Source: Tubiluchus corallicola
Taxonomy: Eukaryota > Animalia > Priapulida
Reading direction: 5' to 3'
NCBI GenBank assembly: GCA_030141605.1
Contig: JAQGDQ010000498.1
Span: forward strand, 1-64,000
Length of the DNA stretch: 64,000 nucleotides
Below, one piece after another: positions 35,401 to 63,129 of the stretch; the first letter of the stretch is position 1; each line of letters opens with the position of its first letter. The notes beneath the pieces were generated by a model. It was not told the origin of the DNA. It searched no databases and was given only the letters and a program-made list of their open reading frames with translations. Position numbers and translations under genes: made by a program.

Positions 35401-38400
35401 TTAATTAGCGGGCAACAAAATAAGGTCAATCTTGATTAAACTAAAAACTGCATTTAGATTTTATGTGAAATACAGGTGAAAATTGTTATGAAATGATAAA
35501 AACACTTTGGGTTAATAATGCTATTAATCAACAACAGGAGTTAAATACATTTTCATTTGAGTTCAACTTCATTATTTCTAGGCTTATTGATTAAGAACAA
35601 ATCTACTGACTTGGACAATAATACTAGATAATATAATTCTCAATATACTGATAAGACAAACATTTAGCTATACAGGTTTTTTAGTAATTTTATAAAGGAG
35701 AGGTAAGACTTGTGCAATCTGTGAACAATACCTAAATCTTTACTCATAAAATAGTATTGCAGTATGACTTTAATAATTACTCTGCTGTAAAGAAGAGATG
35801 AAAGACAGAGTATTTCCTGATATTTAGGATAATATCTGTAATGGCCTGTGGATTAACTAATTTGTAGAGTTATAAGTAGCAGTATTCAAAGTACGAATCG
35901 GTAGCTTGTTATGCAATAATTGAGAGAAAAATTAATTGAATATTAGAGTACATTTTCTGAGCCACAGATTAATTATAATGTTGTCGTCTCATGGAAGGAT
36001 AACCATTTGTACTTATGAGAAACCTTTGCAGCAGCTACACTGAGAAATCAGTGCACTAAGTTTTACTGCACAAAGGTAGCATCTGCTCGATTTTGAAAAG
36101 AAGTTAAGAATGGTATCGGTAGTAAAACTGATTTACACCGGCGATTGAAAAACTAATCAGTGATCGGAAATGAAAGTGCAAATAAGCTAATTGGTCAACA
36201 ACACATTAGACTGTATGAAGATCTCCGTGCAAACAACAGAATGGGTGGTTGTACGGACAGTCATGAGAAGTAAACAGCATTATGTTACTTATTTGAGCAT
36301 TACTGCAGCCCATTTTAAAAATGGTAACTAACAATTCAAACCAAAAGATATTGTGTTAAAGGAAAAGGCAAGTCTTCTAGGAAGTTAGGCTTATTTCAAT
36401 GTTTGCAAAAAAATGTTATAAATATTTAGTAATAAATCTGCAATAAGCGCCTCGTGTAGCTAGTAAAATCAGTTTAAAGCCACGATCACTTTATACTTGG
36501 CCGCTTCCATTTTTAAAGCCCATTCTTCTTCCAGTCACGTCATTCATCTTGAAAAAAAGTAGCGCACTGTCAGTCTTCATCAAAAGTATAAAAAGTCTTC
36601 ATCAAAAGTTTTTACAAAAAATTAGATAGCTAATTTTGTAGTATTTTTGTGTGAACATTAGGTAAGCTACAGAAGTTTGAAGTACTTTAAACAGTGCGCA
36701 CTTACGGAAAGTGACGAAGTCTCCTAGTTATGTGATAATTTTCAAGTGAATCACGTCAACCACGACGCCTGAAAAAATTTCTATTCAGAGATAGTATATT
36801 TTAACTTTATGCTTTATAGGCTGTTCTTTGCAAATTTCTTTGTGATTTTTCTAAGTCTGAGGGATAACAGTAAAATAAACCCACCATACAGAGTGAGTTA
36901 AATACTTAAAAGACAGCTGAAGACTTATTTAAGTACGCTATAATTTAACATTGTTATTCCTGTTACCATTCAATCCTCCGGAAGGAAGTTGCCGTTCACA
37001 TAACCACCATCCCAGTAAGTCGGCATCAACATGATGTAACTGCTGAGTGATTGAGAGCATTCCAAGACAACAGTAAATCTTTAAGAAAAGCATGAAAATG
37101 TTGATTAAATAGCACCCATTAATAATCAAAGTCAAAGTCAGTTTATGTCTCGAAAATTTTTACATACCAAACGAGGTACAGACATTAGTGAAGAAGTCAT
37201 ACCATAAGCAGGGTGGCATGAAAGTGAGTGCTTCCATTTATAAACAAATGCTTTACCAATCACAAAGAAAACATTGCGAAGCAATCCTAATCCGTTTACC
37301 ATCAAATTATGAGAAAAGGACAGAAATTTTTTAGCAAAGCTTTTATGTTTATATGAACTTTTAATAGAAAGATTTGTTTTGAGGCTCCTAAGTTCACATT
37401 TCAATAGGAAGATTCTTTCCTGAAGCTTCTACATTTACATTTCAATAGAAAGATTCTTTCCTGAAGCTTCTACGTTTACCATTCAATAGAAAGATTCTTT
37501 CATGAAGCTTCTACATTTACATTTCAATAGAAAGATTCTTTCATGAAGCTTCTACATTTACATTTCAATAGAAAGATTCTTTCATGAAGCTTCTACATTT
37601 ACATTTCAATAGAAAGATTCTTTCATGAAGCTTCTATGCTTACATTTCAATAGAAACATTCTTTCGTGAAGCTTCTACATTTACATTTCAATAGAAAGAT
37701 TCTTTCGTGAAGCTTCTACACTTACATTTCAACAGAAAGATTCTTTCGTGAAGCTTCTACATTTACATTTCAATAGCAAGATTCTTTCATGAAGCTTCTA
37801 CATTTACATTTCAATAGAAAGATTCTTTCATGAAGCTTCTATGCTTACACTTCAATAGAAAGATTCTTTCATGAAGCTTCTACGTTTACATTTCAATAGA
37901 AAGATTCTTTCATGAAGCTTCTACATCTACATTTCAATAGAAAAATTCTTTCATGAAGCTTCAACGTTTACATTTCAATAGAAAGATTCTTTCATGAAGC
38001 TTCTACATTTACATTTCAATAGAAAGATTCTTTCATGAAGCTTTTACATTTACACTTCAATAGAAAGATTCTTTCCTGAAGCTTCTACATTTACATTTCA
38101 ATAGAAAGATTCTTTCACGAAGCTTCTACGTTTACATTTCAACAGAAAGGACATCACAGAAAATTATGAAAGTTAGGATGACAGTTAGGGTATTTTATGA
38201 ATTAATATATTGTGCTTTATTAGACCAACTACAATTTTCAAAATTTATGATAATAATGTGTAAAATGTGTCTACCTGGCCAGAATGTGACTCAGAACCAG
38301 GCCGCGTTCCAAATCCTCCGTCAAAATTCATACAGGAAAGAACAAATTCTACAGCTTTCTGAACACTAATTTCTTCCAGTCTTTTCTATGAAAAACAAAC

Positions 38401-41400
38401 TAGACTGTAGAACAATTGCAAAGCTCATCCGTGAATTCATGAGTAAATTGACTGCGTGAAGTGTAGGTATGCAAAGAGAATTGTGATTAAATTTCACCAC
38501 TGCAAACAGTAACATTTGCACAAAGACATAAAACAGTCTACCCCCGTGTCAGTAGCAAGTGCTTGCAGCACCCCAGGGGCAAAAAAACTTCTGGCGCCCC
38601 ACCCTTTTAATGTGTTGATCATTTATTTAGTGGGTGAGGCTACAAATTGTGCACGTTTTTTTTTTTGTGTCCCTCAGCCCGACTTTCCTTTTTTGACATG
38701 ATGAAGTAAAGATAAACAAATTTTTTCTAAGCATCATCCTGAGTTTGATTTGTGGTACTGCAGCAGAGTAACTCTTTTCTATACATTAGTTGCTCATAAC
38801 ACGACAGTCCTTAAACATTCAGCTCCAGCATTAAAACATGCAAAATTTATGAAAGACACAGAACACTACAGGTTTTCACAATAATACAATCAGCAATTAG
38901 AGAAATGCCACTGTTTCTTCCAAAATTATTGATTTTCTAAACCACTCGACACCCTACGTATCCCTTAAGTAAGAACATTAGCTTTTTTCTAGGTTTTATG
39001 TAGTAATTAAGTCAGCTACGATAATCTCTGACTAGACAATTTTGTTAAAGTTTGAAAAGTTGTGTTAATGTTGGGTTAGCAATTAATAATTAATAGTCAT
39101 TGAACTCTATATGAAAAATTTTGCACCCTTTCACCTTTGCACCCTCTCACGTTTGCGGCTGCAGGTGTTTGCCGCTTGTCTTCGAAAATAAGCAACATTT
39201 ATTTTCTGCTTATCTGCATATCACTTTATATACAATTCAAGAGGAAAGCTTAAAACCTACTTGTGCATTGAAATGTAGTATCAGAGAAGAGAATGTATTA
39301 ATGCATTACTTTTAGTTCTACTCACAGCCACCAGGGTACGCCACAAACAGTACTCACCAATAACGACAGACAAGCCACAGCGCAAAAAGAGAAACGCGTA
39401 TCAATTTCTCCCCATTTGTCTCCAGCAAAACTGCCGTCATCCTGTTGTAACCTCTTGACATAATCAACAACCCCGTCTGTATCAATTGCATCCAAAGTAT
39501 CATAGGTTACCATAATCTGAAAACACATCAGATTGCTTTCTTTTTACTGATGCTATACATTCTTAAAGAGTGAGGTAAAGAAACAGAAGCAAAACTAGTT
39601 TCTGCTAGTCACCCATTCACCTACTGACCAGCTTCAGCACTACTTTAATTCAATTTTAAACAATGTGATTTCTCAGCTAAAACTAGTTGAAAAACTCACT
39701 GAAACTTACGTGCAGTAAATTAGAAAGTACATATTAGTCATGAGTATATATTTTAGAAAGGAAACAAAGAAAAATTCGCCACTTGGTACTCTCTTCATAC
39801 CTGCACAGCACTAAGGGTATACAGTAAATGTGGATCTTGTTTATAACTGGAACCAAAACCACCACATTCATGCTGACAATCCTTGACGAATGTGACAATT
39901 TCTTCCTTGTTCATCCGGTCTAATGATCCCATAAGATCCATAGCTGTCAAACCCCAATAAATGCCACTCATCCTCAAATATTCTGTCATCACGTATTCCT
40001 AATGAAAAAAAATCATAGTGTTGAACTTTGAATTGTCATAACAGGGTCAGCTCTACCATTAGGAAAACTAGGCAGTTGCCCAGAGTACAAACTTTTAGAA
40101 GTAAAAAGTGATTCTTTACTTTTTGAGTTTGTATATAAATCTGTTTAGTGGAAATCTGTGGGAGACTAATTTTGAAACCAACTACTCAACCTGCACTATC
40201 AAAATTAGTCTGTGTTAGACTAATTTTCCACACAGACTAATTTCGTAGAATTTTTTCATTCCAATATGAAGTTTATTTTCAATGAAATTCAAATGGCAGT
40301 AACAATGTTTTGCCTTTCAATCAGAATCTTCTTCAGTGGACTCAGTCTCAGAGTTAAAAGTTTCTTCATCAACTGGCTTGCCATTAAACTCTTCTCGGTT
40401 ATTTTGCTATGGTTTCCTGCAGTACTGGGTACAGATGCGTTGTAATCCATTTGCCCTCCTCATCGAATGCCAGACCAGCGTGCATCATAGCCTTTCTGGC
40501 AAAAGTCATGTGTGTTTGTCTTTCTGAGCATTTACAGAGTCGGTAGCCAGATCCTTTGTTTTATGTGTTGACAACATGCGCGGCGCATGGGAAATAAAGG
40601 AAAATACATTAAAAGTGCACTTTAATATTAGTCTGTGTGAATATTTTTCACATAGATTAATTACACCAAACAGTGTTTTTAAGTGCAAAACAGTTTAGTT
40701 AAATGAAACGAGTTTCTTGCACTATTTTCATGCCAAAATGTACGTTTCGTCAGGACTAATATCAAGGTGTTTTCCCGCAACAAAACGCTTTCTACTTTTG
40801 TTTTACCTGGCTTCCTAAAATTATTTCGGGCAGACACAACTGATGCGTTATCATGCTTTTGCTTGTATGTACCGTATGCATACAGTAGCACAGCTAGGTA
40901 ACCGTTAATAGTAGTATTCAGTCTATTTAACAGGTGGTCTTCTTTCCAACCCCCGGACAGGTGGGTTGGTCACTTTTAAAATGCGAAAGGTATATCTCTC
41001 ACTTTTGCCGACTGCTTCCATGTACGTCAATACAAATAATTTTGTTTTTACTTTCTAGTGGCTAAATGTCCACCTTTCTCAGTCCAGGGTGCTAAAACGA
41101 CAAATTAGGAAAGCATGAAGAATTGTTCAAAGAAACTCACATATTCTTCCTTCTTGTTTTCATATGCAGAGATGTATTCCTTGTGCTTATCCATGAAAAT
41201 TTCAGCTGGAAGTGTTTCAGAAAGTACAATATCCTTTACAGGTGTGCCCTAAACAAACTTATTTTTAAACATGATCTGTTAAGTCATCATTTGTTTTTAA
41301 TATCTATTAATAGGTAGCATGATTTTTTAAACGCCATGCAAGCTTTTAAAATAGCCGGCTTAATGAATTCCAGACGTACCAGACACTACACTATTAAAAC

Positions 41401-41435
41401 TACCAATAAAATTAGTCAAAATTGTTAATTACCAT
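32404..41435 (-). CDS. RABGGTB: Rab geranylgeranyltransferase type II beta subunit, 330 aa, 9 exons
   Basis: Exons 41435-41433 (ATG only), 41248-41141, 39998-39801, 39516-39358, 38385-38275, 37078-36967, 34921-34833, 34346-34272, 32541-32404 total 993 nt in frame. Motifs [67 protein letters not shown]. Confidence 0.97.
32760..33135 (+). repeat. Dispersed repeat, homologous to about 55660-55920
   Basis: Shared segments GAGATAAGA.GCTGCAC..AG.TAGA.AAAG.ACTGTC and TTTTACACA.TATTAAA.AAT.GCTAAA..TTTTCTGAAGCA..CCAGTAAT. Confidence 0.65.
33463..34032. mobile_element. Tc1/mariner (Tigger/pogo-like) MITE
   Basis: TA-flanked TIR CAGTCTAGTCTCGTTATCTCGCC / GGCGAGATAACGAGGCTAGACTG. Confidence 0.9.
37394..38148. 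repeat. 41-bp minisatellite (ACATTTCAATAGAAAGATTCTTTCATGAAGCTTCTACATTT)n, about 18 copies, RABGGTB intron
   Basis: Read directly. Confidence 0.96.
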
Positions 41436-41977
41436 GGTTATTGTCAATATAAATTAAAAACTAGTATAACTGTTAATATTTGAAAGCGACTTCTCTTCCA
41501 CTTCAATGAAATTCTGAATTTTTTTCAAAACGTACAATCATGGAGGCTGACATCTTGGAAACGTAATTCCTCTAATCACAATTTATGTTACATTTACTTG
41601 TCCGTGACGTAAACGCACGTGTGGTACAGTATGATTTTAGTGCTTGGCAGGAATTGTGTGTGTTGTATATGATTTTTCACTAGAAATTACTGTTAAGCCA
41701 ATAATTTTTCATAATCATACGTTATTGTACATTTTCAACATTCGGAAATTTGTGCTGCATGAACAAGGTTGCTGCAGTTTTTGGGTTTATTGTAAGTTGT
41801 AGAAAGATCGAACGTTCTGTAACTACGTATTTATTACTGTATTGCAGGCTTATACTACATGTTACTGTCAGGTTAAGGTACCTTCTATGCATTCAACTAA
41901 ATGTGTTTGTCACTCAGCAGTTTGCTACATTGAATTCTGTTTTTTATGCACAGGTTGTAGTAACTGCTTCTTTGTAC
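41436..41977. promoter_or_regulatory. Inferred bidirectional promoter region RABGGTB/CUTA
   Basis: Divergent ATGs about 590 bp apart; CRE-like TGACGT and E-box CACGTG at about 41605-41622. Confidence 0.55.
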
Positions 41978-42025
41978 ATGCGAAAAGCATTCGTTCTTCT
42001 CTTTTCTACAAAACATCTGTCTACC

Positions 42026-45000
42026 ATGGCAGCAAGGGTGTATGAGCCTGGTTTTCACTCCATATCTTATGTCACAGTACCAGATGAGGAAGTGGCAAGG
42101 AAGCTGGCCAGGTAAATTCAGATATTTGCAACATTTTTTTCCATTGCAAGAATTTCAAATTCCTTTGTGTTGTATTTCCAACGTACTTTGTATTTTTCCA
42201 AGACCAAACATAACATCATTTACTGACTTAAATGTATCTCTTTTTAATATCATTTCAGTGGGCTTGTTAAAGGAAAGCTGGCAGCATGTGTAAACATCAT
42301 ACCTAAGATTTTTTCTATGTAAGTCGTAACATTAATCTTTTCAAAAAAGTTTAAAAAGTAAATGGATTTTTCAAGTTTGTCTGATTTAAAAAACTATCAT
42401 TAAGTGTTAGCTATCATTAATTCACTGATCATTTTATTCAGATTAAGTATGCCTGTTGATTATAGCTGTAATACAGTAATACTTGTACTAACTTGTGCTT
42501 TTGCGTTTTTACATAATTATATTTGAGCAATAAACTTGAATTGAATTGAGTTGTACTACATATACAGGCTGAAATTCTTGAATTGTTTATTATAAATTTT
42601 GTTTTTTGATACTCTTTACAAAATTGTAAAAATATAATAATGCGTATTTCTCATTAAACATCTGTATTCAGCATAGTACTGACAAATACTAGCTAAGTTC
42701 TACACAATGTATTTTGTGCGCAATCAAAAATGCGTGAATGTTCTACCTAGTTGGTTAAAGCCCTTTTAGTGTTAAATATGTACATAACACATATGTATTA
42801 ACATATGTAATAACAGCTTAGTCTCACTGTAACTTGGTGTTTTTCTAGCATCCGGAATGCACTATGCGTTTTGCGTAATCCACCTGCGGAATAGCTGAGT
42901 ATAAAAAAATGCATAGGAAATAGCTGGAGAAAAAATAGGGCATAACGCAGGTCTGATAAACGTTTGCATTGAAAACAATCTGCATAACACATGCGTATGC
43001 CGTTGTTATGTAAATACCACAAAACACAGTAGAATGGCGCGTGATGACAAGACCTGGTACAGCTGCAAATTCTTGAATAAAGTGGCGTTTAGCTGGCGTC
43101 TAGAAAAGGCGTATGTGTTATCCACCTACGGAATGAAAATTAATAGAAAATTGTTGCAGAAAAAATAATGTATAACGCAGAGGTGCATTGAAAACAATAC
43201 AAACCAATTTTATCTATTCCGTATCTGCATAATGCGTTCCGGATACCAGGGTAAACGCCACATAACAAAGACAATGGCTGTTCCAAATAGTATGCGGCAC
43301 TAGGAGGTTGAAAAAAACTCTGAAGTACACCATTTCAGTTTCGTTATATGTGCCCTCCTTGTTCTGATTCACGCAAACAGTTTCGAAAATCATTTTCTAG
43401 AAGCCATTTGCTCATTTTTTCTGAAAATTTGTGTTGGTGAGCCTGGAGGAGGACTCAATAGCATAATGTTCCTTCCTCTTCCTCACAATGAGTCATGTGA
43501 CAATGTTTATAACTAAATATTTACGTGTATGTCATATATTATTCACTGTGAAACTAAAAAAAAATACAAAAAAATTTGGGAACACGCTTATTGCAGCGCC
43601 CTGTGAACCTCCTTGGGAACCCAAACCAAATTTTGTTATACTCTTTGCTGAATACTCTTGCCAAATGATATGTAGAAATCTGGCTCATTTTTCACTGTCC
43701 CATTCTCTGGATTTCAGTTTTTAGGCTTTACAAAAAAACGGGCAAAAAATGCTGAGTTTTAGCAGGTTTTAGTTTGCAGTTTTGAATTTCCAAATTGAAA
43801 AACAAATTCCCTTTAAAGGGCAGTCGGGACGGTCCATTTGATTCTTTATTTGTTACAAATGGTTCAGTAGTTATTGAGAAAATTTCAAACATAATTCCTT
43901 AAATATACCCGGAGAATCGTAAATATTAGATAATTATTGCTCTTACAATGAAATTTCTCAAGGGGGCATGATGTTGAAGAGCTATTCATAATAATTATGA
44001 TGCACTCTGACTGAGCCTGCTATTTCAACACTCGTCGAAAGAGACTTTTCACTTGTTATTTTATTTTTTACATTGCTATTGTAGATACGAGTGGCAGAAT
44101 GAAATAAATGAAGACAAAGAAGTCTTAATGGTAAGCGTAATAATGTCACTGTCACTGTTTATTCTGGAATCAGGTTCCAGTTTTTGTTGGGTAAGATTTA
44201 AGTGTTTATCAGGTTTGGTTATTTGATTAATCGAATGATTGAAAGACTTTGCAGTATAAATTTAAAGTTAAAAAGTACATGTACTTCATGTATGTGCATT
44301 AACTTTTGGCTTGAGCTGCTTGATAAGTAATTTGTTTAAAAATGATTGTTTTGTATAAATAGTGCATTGTATCAGATAAATTCGTTGTGGATACAAACTT
44401 GTTTCTGTTTCAGATGATAAAAAGCAGAACATCAAGGTTAGAAGAATTAACAAAATATGTTAGGTACGATGATGATGATATTAATGATGTCAATACCTAC
44501 AACTAACTCATACATAGATAATAAAAATTGTCAAAGTCTATGTATGAGTTAGCTATACGTGTTGGCATCATTAACAGTAACTTTGGAACAGCAAAAATGA
44601 GTTGGGTGTTTTTATCGGTTTTCTACTGAGTGCAGACATATTTGCGATTTCTAGAAAAAATGTTTTTTGAACGTGCTAAATGCATTTGCAAAAATCTTTT
44701 CAGGGAAAATCATCCTTATGACGTAGCTGAAGTCATTTCTACTCCGGTAAGTTTAACTGCTTTTTATTCGTGTATGAAGCTACTTACGGGAGTGTTTTGA
44801 ATAAAATTTTCTTATCTTTTTCTTTTTCGTATCGTGTTTTTCTCTTTACAGACTTAGATAAATGTGAGCAAAGCTATGTGTGCCAAACTTTAACCAAATG
44901 CTCATTGATGCCTCTTGAAAAATTGCAATGCATAAAACTCAAAGCTTCCTGAAAACACTGTGATATCCTATCCAAAATAAGCTTTGAAACAATACAAATA

Positions 45001-45612
45001 ATACATACATAATACAAATAATACAAACAATGGTTAAAATCCCAATTTTACAAGCAGATAAAGTGTTCTACACAATCCTGTTTTATATAAATACATCAAC
45101 AATATTAACACGCCCTTCATCAAAGATAAGCTTCCACTCCTCTTGGAGCCAACATTAAATCCAAGAACACACAATGTTAAACAAATACGCACTAATAACA
45201 AATATGGCAACAATTCTATCACTAAACAAGGAGTTCAACTTTGGAATAACCATCAAATTTAAAACAAATCAAGTCTTTCGACGAATTCAAATCAAAATTA
45301 AAAGTACATACATTAAATCGTTTTGAAAACCCAACGTACGTAAACATTAATATATATTCATCCACAAGTTTATTTACCCACGTCCATTTTAAATTATATA
45401 TATATTGTATATAGTCTATTATAATTTGTGAGTAATATTATAATGTATAATTTGTTTTAAATTTTTGGCACAGTTGTTTTTAGTTCGCACTGGACACATT
45501 TGCCTTTAACAGTTGTGTGAATTTTATTCTCATGCTGCGATGTTCTTTTATGCTTTTATAGTTATGAAAATCGATTTTTTTATGGCAAATAAAGATTATT
45601 ATATATATATAC

Positions 45613-45645
<33 letters not shown>

Positions 45646-46147
45646 TAACTATAATATATTAATATTAACAAGAGTCTGTTTTCTATATTACAGTCAAGCC
45701 TCTTTATACTGCCTACTTTGGGTCTGCAAAACACTTGTCATTATAGTGAGTTTAGTGTTATAATGAGGTGTATTAATACATACATGTCTATGCAAATATA
45801 GACATTTTGTGTTACTAAAACTTTGGGCACCAAGGGAGGTTGGCATTTTAAAGCAGGGAGGTCTTATAATGAGGTTTTGACAGTATATAAGTTTATAAGT
45901 TTTAAAAAATTATTTAAAAACCTTAATGTATTTAGAGTGTGGAAAATGATGCCATTTTCTTCTCCATTTTTGCTGAACTGCTTAAACAGAAAAATGTGTC
46001 ACGGATGAGATGACATGATGTTCTTCTTGATTTATGATTACTAAGCATGATAATTATAATGTTTTATTTATTTTTCAGATTCAATCCGGAAATCCTCCTT
46101 ATTTGGAATGGATTAGTGAAGTTGTGCCCGAGAAACCGGGAAAATAG
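42026..46147 (+). CDS. CUTA: CutA divalent cation tolerance homolog, 6 coding exons (possible in-frame upstream ATG at 41978)
   Basis: Exons 42026-42111, 42259-42318, 44085-44130, 44414-44463, 44704-44746, 46079-46147. The translation [54 protein letters not shown]...[26 protein letters not shown] is a CutA signature. Confidence 0.94.
42836..43260. mobile_element. MITE with imperfect TIRs (Harbinger-like)
   Basis: GGTGTTTTTCTAGCATCCGGAATGCACTATGC ... GCATAATGCGTTCCGGATACCAGGGTAAACGCC form an inverted pair; internal direct repeats are present. Confidence 0.6.
45140..45320 (+). mobile_element. Degenerate LINE (CR1/L2-like) ORF2 3' remnant in CUTA intron
   Basis: The frameshifted translation resembles the C-terminus of such elements: HNVKQIRTNNKYG..SITKQGVQLWN..SFDEFKSKLK. 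Confidence 0.45.
45598..45648. repeat. (AT)n microsatellite
   Basis: Read directly. Confidence 0.9.
45691..45883. mobile_element. Short Tigger-like MITE
   Basis: TA-flanked CAGTCAAGCCTCTTTATA ... TATAATGAGGTTTTGACAG, an imperfect TIR. Confidence 0.6.
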
Positions 46148-47908
46148 GAACATTTTAAAGGCTGTAAAACTGAATTGTCACTTTTCAACTCTGGACTATC
46201 CATGAAATAGAATACATTTCTTTGCATTGCTTTAACGTGCCGTGTTATAGTGACGACATGGATTCTAGATAACATGTATAGTTACAACCTGCTTATAGGA
46301 TAAAGAGTGCCAAGCTATTGTGATGTGTGCTTTATTCTTCTATAAAACTTTCCTAAACTGTGTTTTCTAATCTAGTGAAGAATTTTTGAAATCATAATTA
46401 GAGTAGATTAGTTCCTGTATCTACAGAAAAGAACATAACTGTACAGTCTACAGTGCAGCTACTCTAATATTTCTGTACTATATGCGAATGATATTGCATG
46501 GATGATGCCCACTGGTCAGCAAAAAATTAATGTTGTCAAATGAGATACAAAATACAAAGAATCGTGGAACCACAGAAAAGTGACAAAAAAGATGAATTCA
46601 GAGAAAAGGAGAGTTCCAGAAAAAGAGTATTAAAGAAGTACCAAAAAGCTTCCTGATGGACAAATCATAACTTGTGTGGTTCAAATGGGGTACTGTCATG
46701 TATAGGAATCCATAGAAAAAAGAGTTAACATAAGTTATGTCCACAGAACATGTTTTTTGCTAAGATGGATACAGTAGACTCTGCATCAATGAGTTCTTCA
46801 TTTCAGAATGTCACTCATGTCATATAGACTTGGTTGAACTGATTTGTTCTATTATATATCAGTATTTCTAACTCTTTATATCACTAAGTTCAGTACACCT
46901 AAAGAAACGATTCATGCAAAATCCATTGTATTTACTCTGCTTGTTTCAGACATGCAGAAACATTTTCAACACAACGAATGCGTGCTTTCCTAGTTGTCAT
47001 TCCTGTCAGCAGGGTTGTAAAATAATGGGAAAACTAATTAATAAATGCTACTGGGTATTTGTGTATGTGCAAATTGTTTCTTTTCTTGAGGAATTTCCAA
47101 TAGTAATTCAATGATTTTGCTGTTTTAGTAAAATGACAAAGCGAAACACAAGGACGATTAAAAACAGAAACTGAAGAGTTATGAAGAATTAAATTAATTA
47201 TTAAATTATTAAGTGTATATTAACTTCTTAGCAAAATTAATGTTAATAAAGTCAGCAGAAATAAATTTAAAATTGTATGATTTTTTTATAATACCATCAT
47301 TAATTTATAAATCTGACACTTTGTCACATGTAAAAAGAAAAAAGGTGAATTAGAAAGCATTCTAAGAAAAGCAATAAAAACTACGTTTGGCAATGCCAAA
47401 ACTGCTTACTTACTGTGTGTTAATGTATCAGAATAAGGAATTATGACCATTAGCCAATTGGACAGCTACAAAAAATTGATGTTTTGCCTATAGTAAAATT
47501 GAAAAAATAGCAAGCATTTATGGAATTATTATTAATAATGGATATGTGAAAAATCAAAACAAATCAAAGTGGAAAATATGCAAAAATTAAAAGTAACGCC
47601 TGTAATGTTGGAAGACAAGTGCAACGCAAATATAAATAAAATGAGAGCACAAAATTAAGATTTTTGGAAAGCAATAATGGGTAAATACCAGCAGATACAT
47701 ACAGGCTGGAGCAACATTGTATGTTATGAAAAGCCCTCCAGTTCATTTGGTTAAATACTTTGGAAGTTCACTTTAATATATTTTCCTTTTTTAGCTTAAT
47801 TTCCTGGCCTTTTCAGAGAAAATGTATTGCTGCTCACCTCAATAACTAAGACTCGAGTCGATACCACAGCATTGCGTGGTGCGTTTGAGAAGTTAAAGGG
47901 AGAAAAAG

Positions 47909-62627
<14,719 letters not shown>

Positions 62628-63129
62628 GTACGTATGTGTTTTATACCTGAAAACATTGAAACTGTTAAGCAGTTCAAAATTTCAGCAGGTACAGTAGTTT
62701 TAATGAGACACAAATCATACCCATTTTTGGTTGCGTCCAAAGACGTTCGGGGTTAAGGTCAAGTCAAGTGTAGTGCCTTTTCTTTGTGTGGCTTGATTCG
62801 TTGCTAATTTAAAACTCCTGTCTACCTTTAGATGAAAGGCACAGTGAAGTGTAGTACCTCGGTTTGCCAGACAAAAGCGGGGAGACGTCGATTTGAATTT
62901 GCCAATTGTCAGAATTTACCGATATTAAGCTAGTACAGTAGATGCCGTGTATTAGAGTCTTACACTCACGGGGTAATGTACAATCAATCACCTAACTGTC
63001 TCAAAAATGGGACAGTTACTATGCAAAAGTATTTAAACAGTGTTGGCAGTTGACTCAAATAAGTCCGTATAATTTATATATAATAATATACACATGTATT
63101 ACACTCATTTTGGTGCCTAGTATACTAGC

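Noticed and set aside
32542-41432. SNORD45-type C/D snoRNAs, which vertebrate RABGGTB introns host
   Set aside because: I found no convincing C box / 18S guide / D box arrangement by eye; an Infernal/Rfam or snoscan search would settle it.
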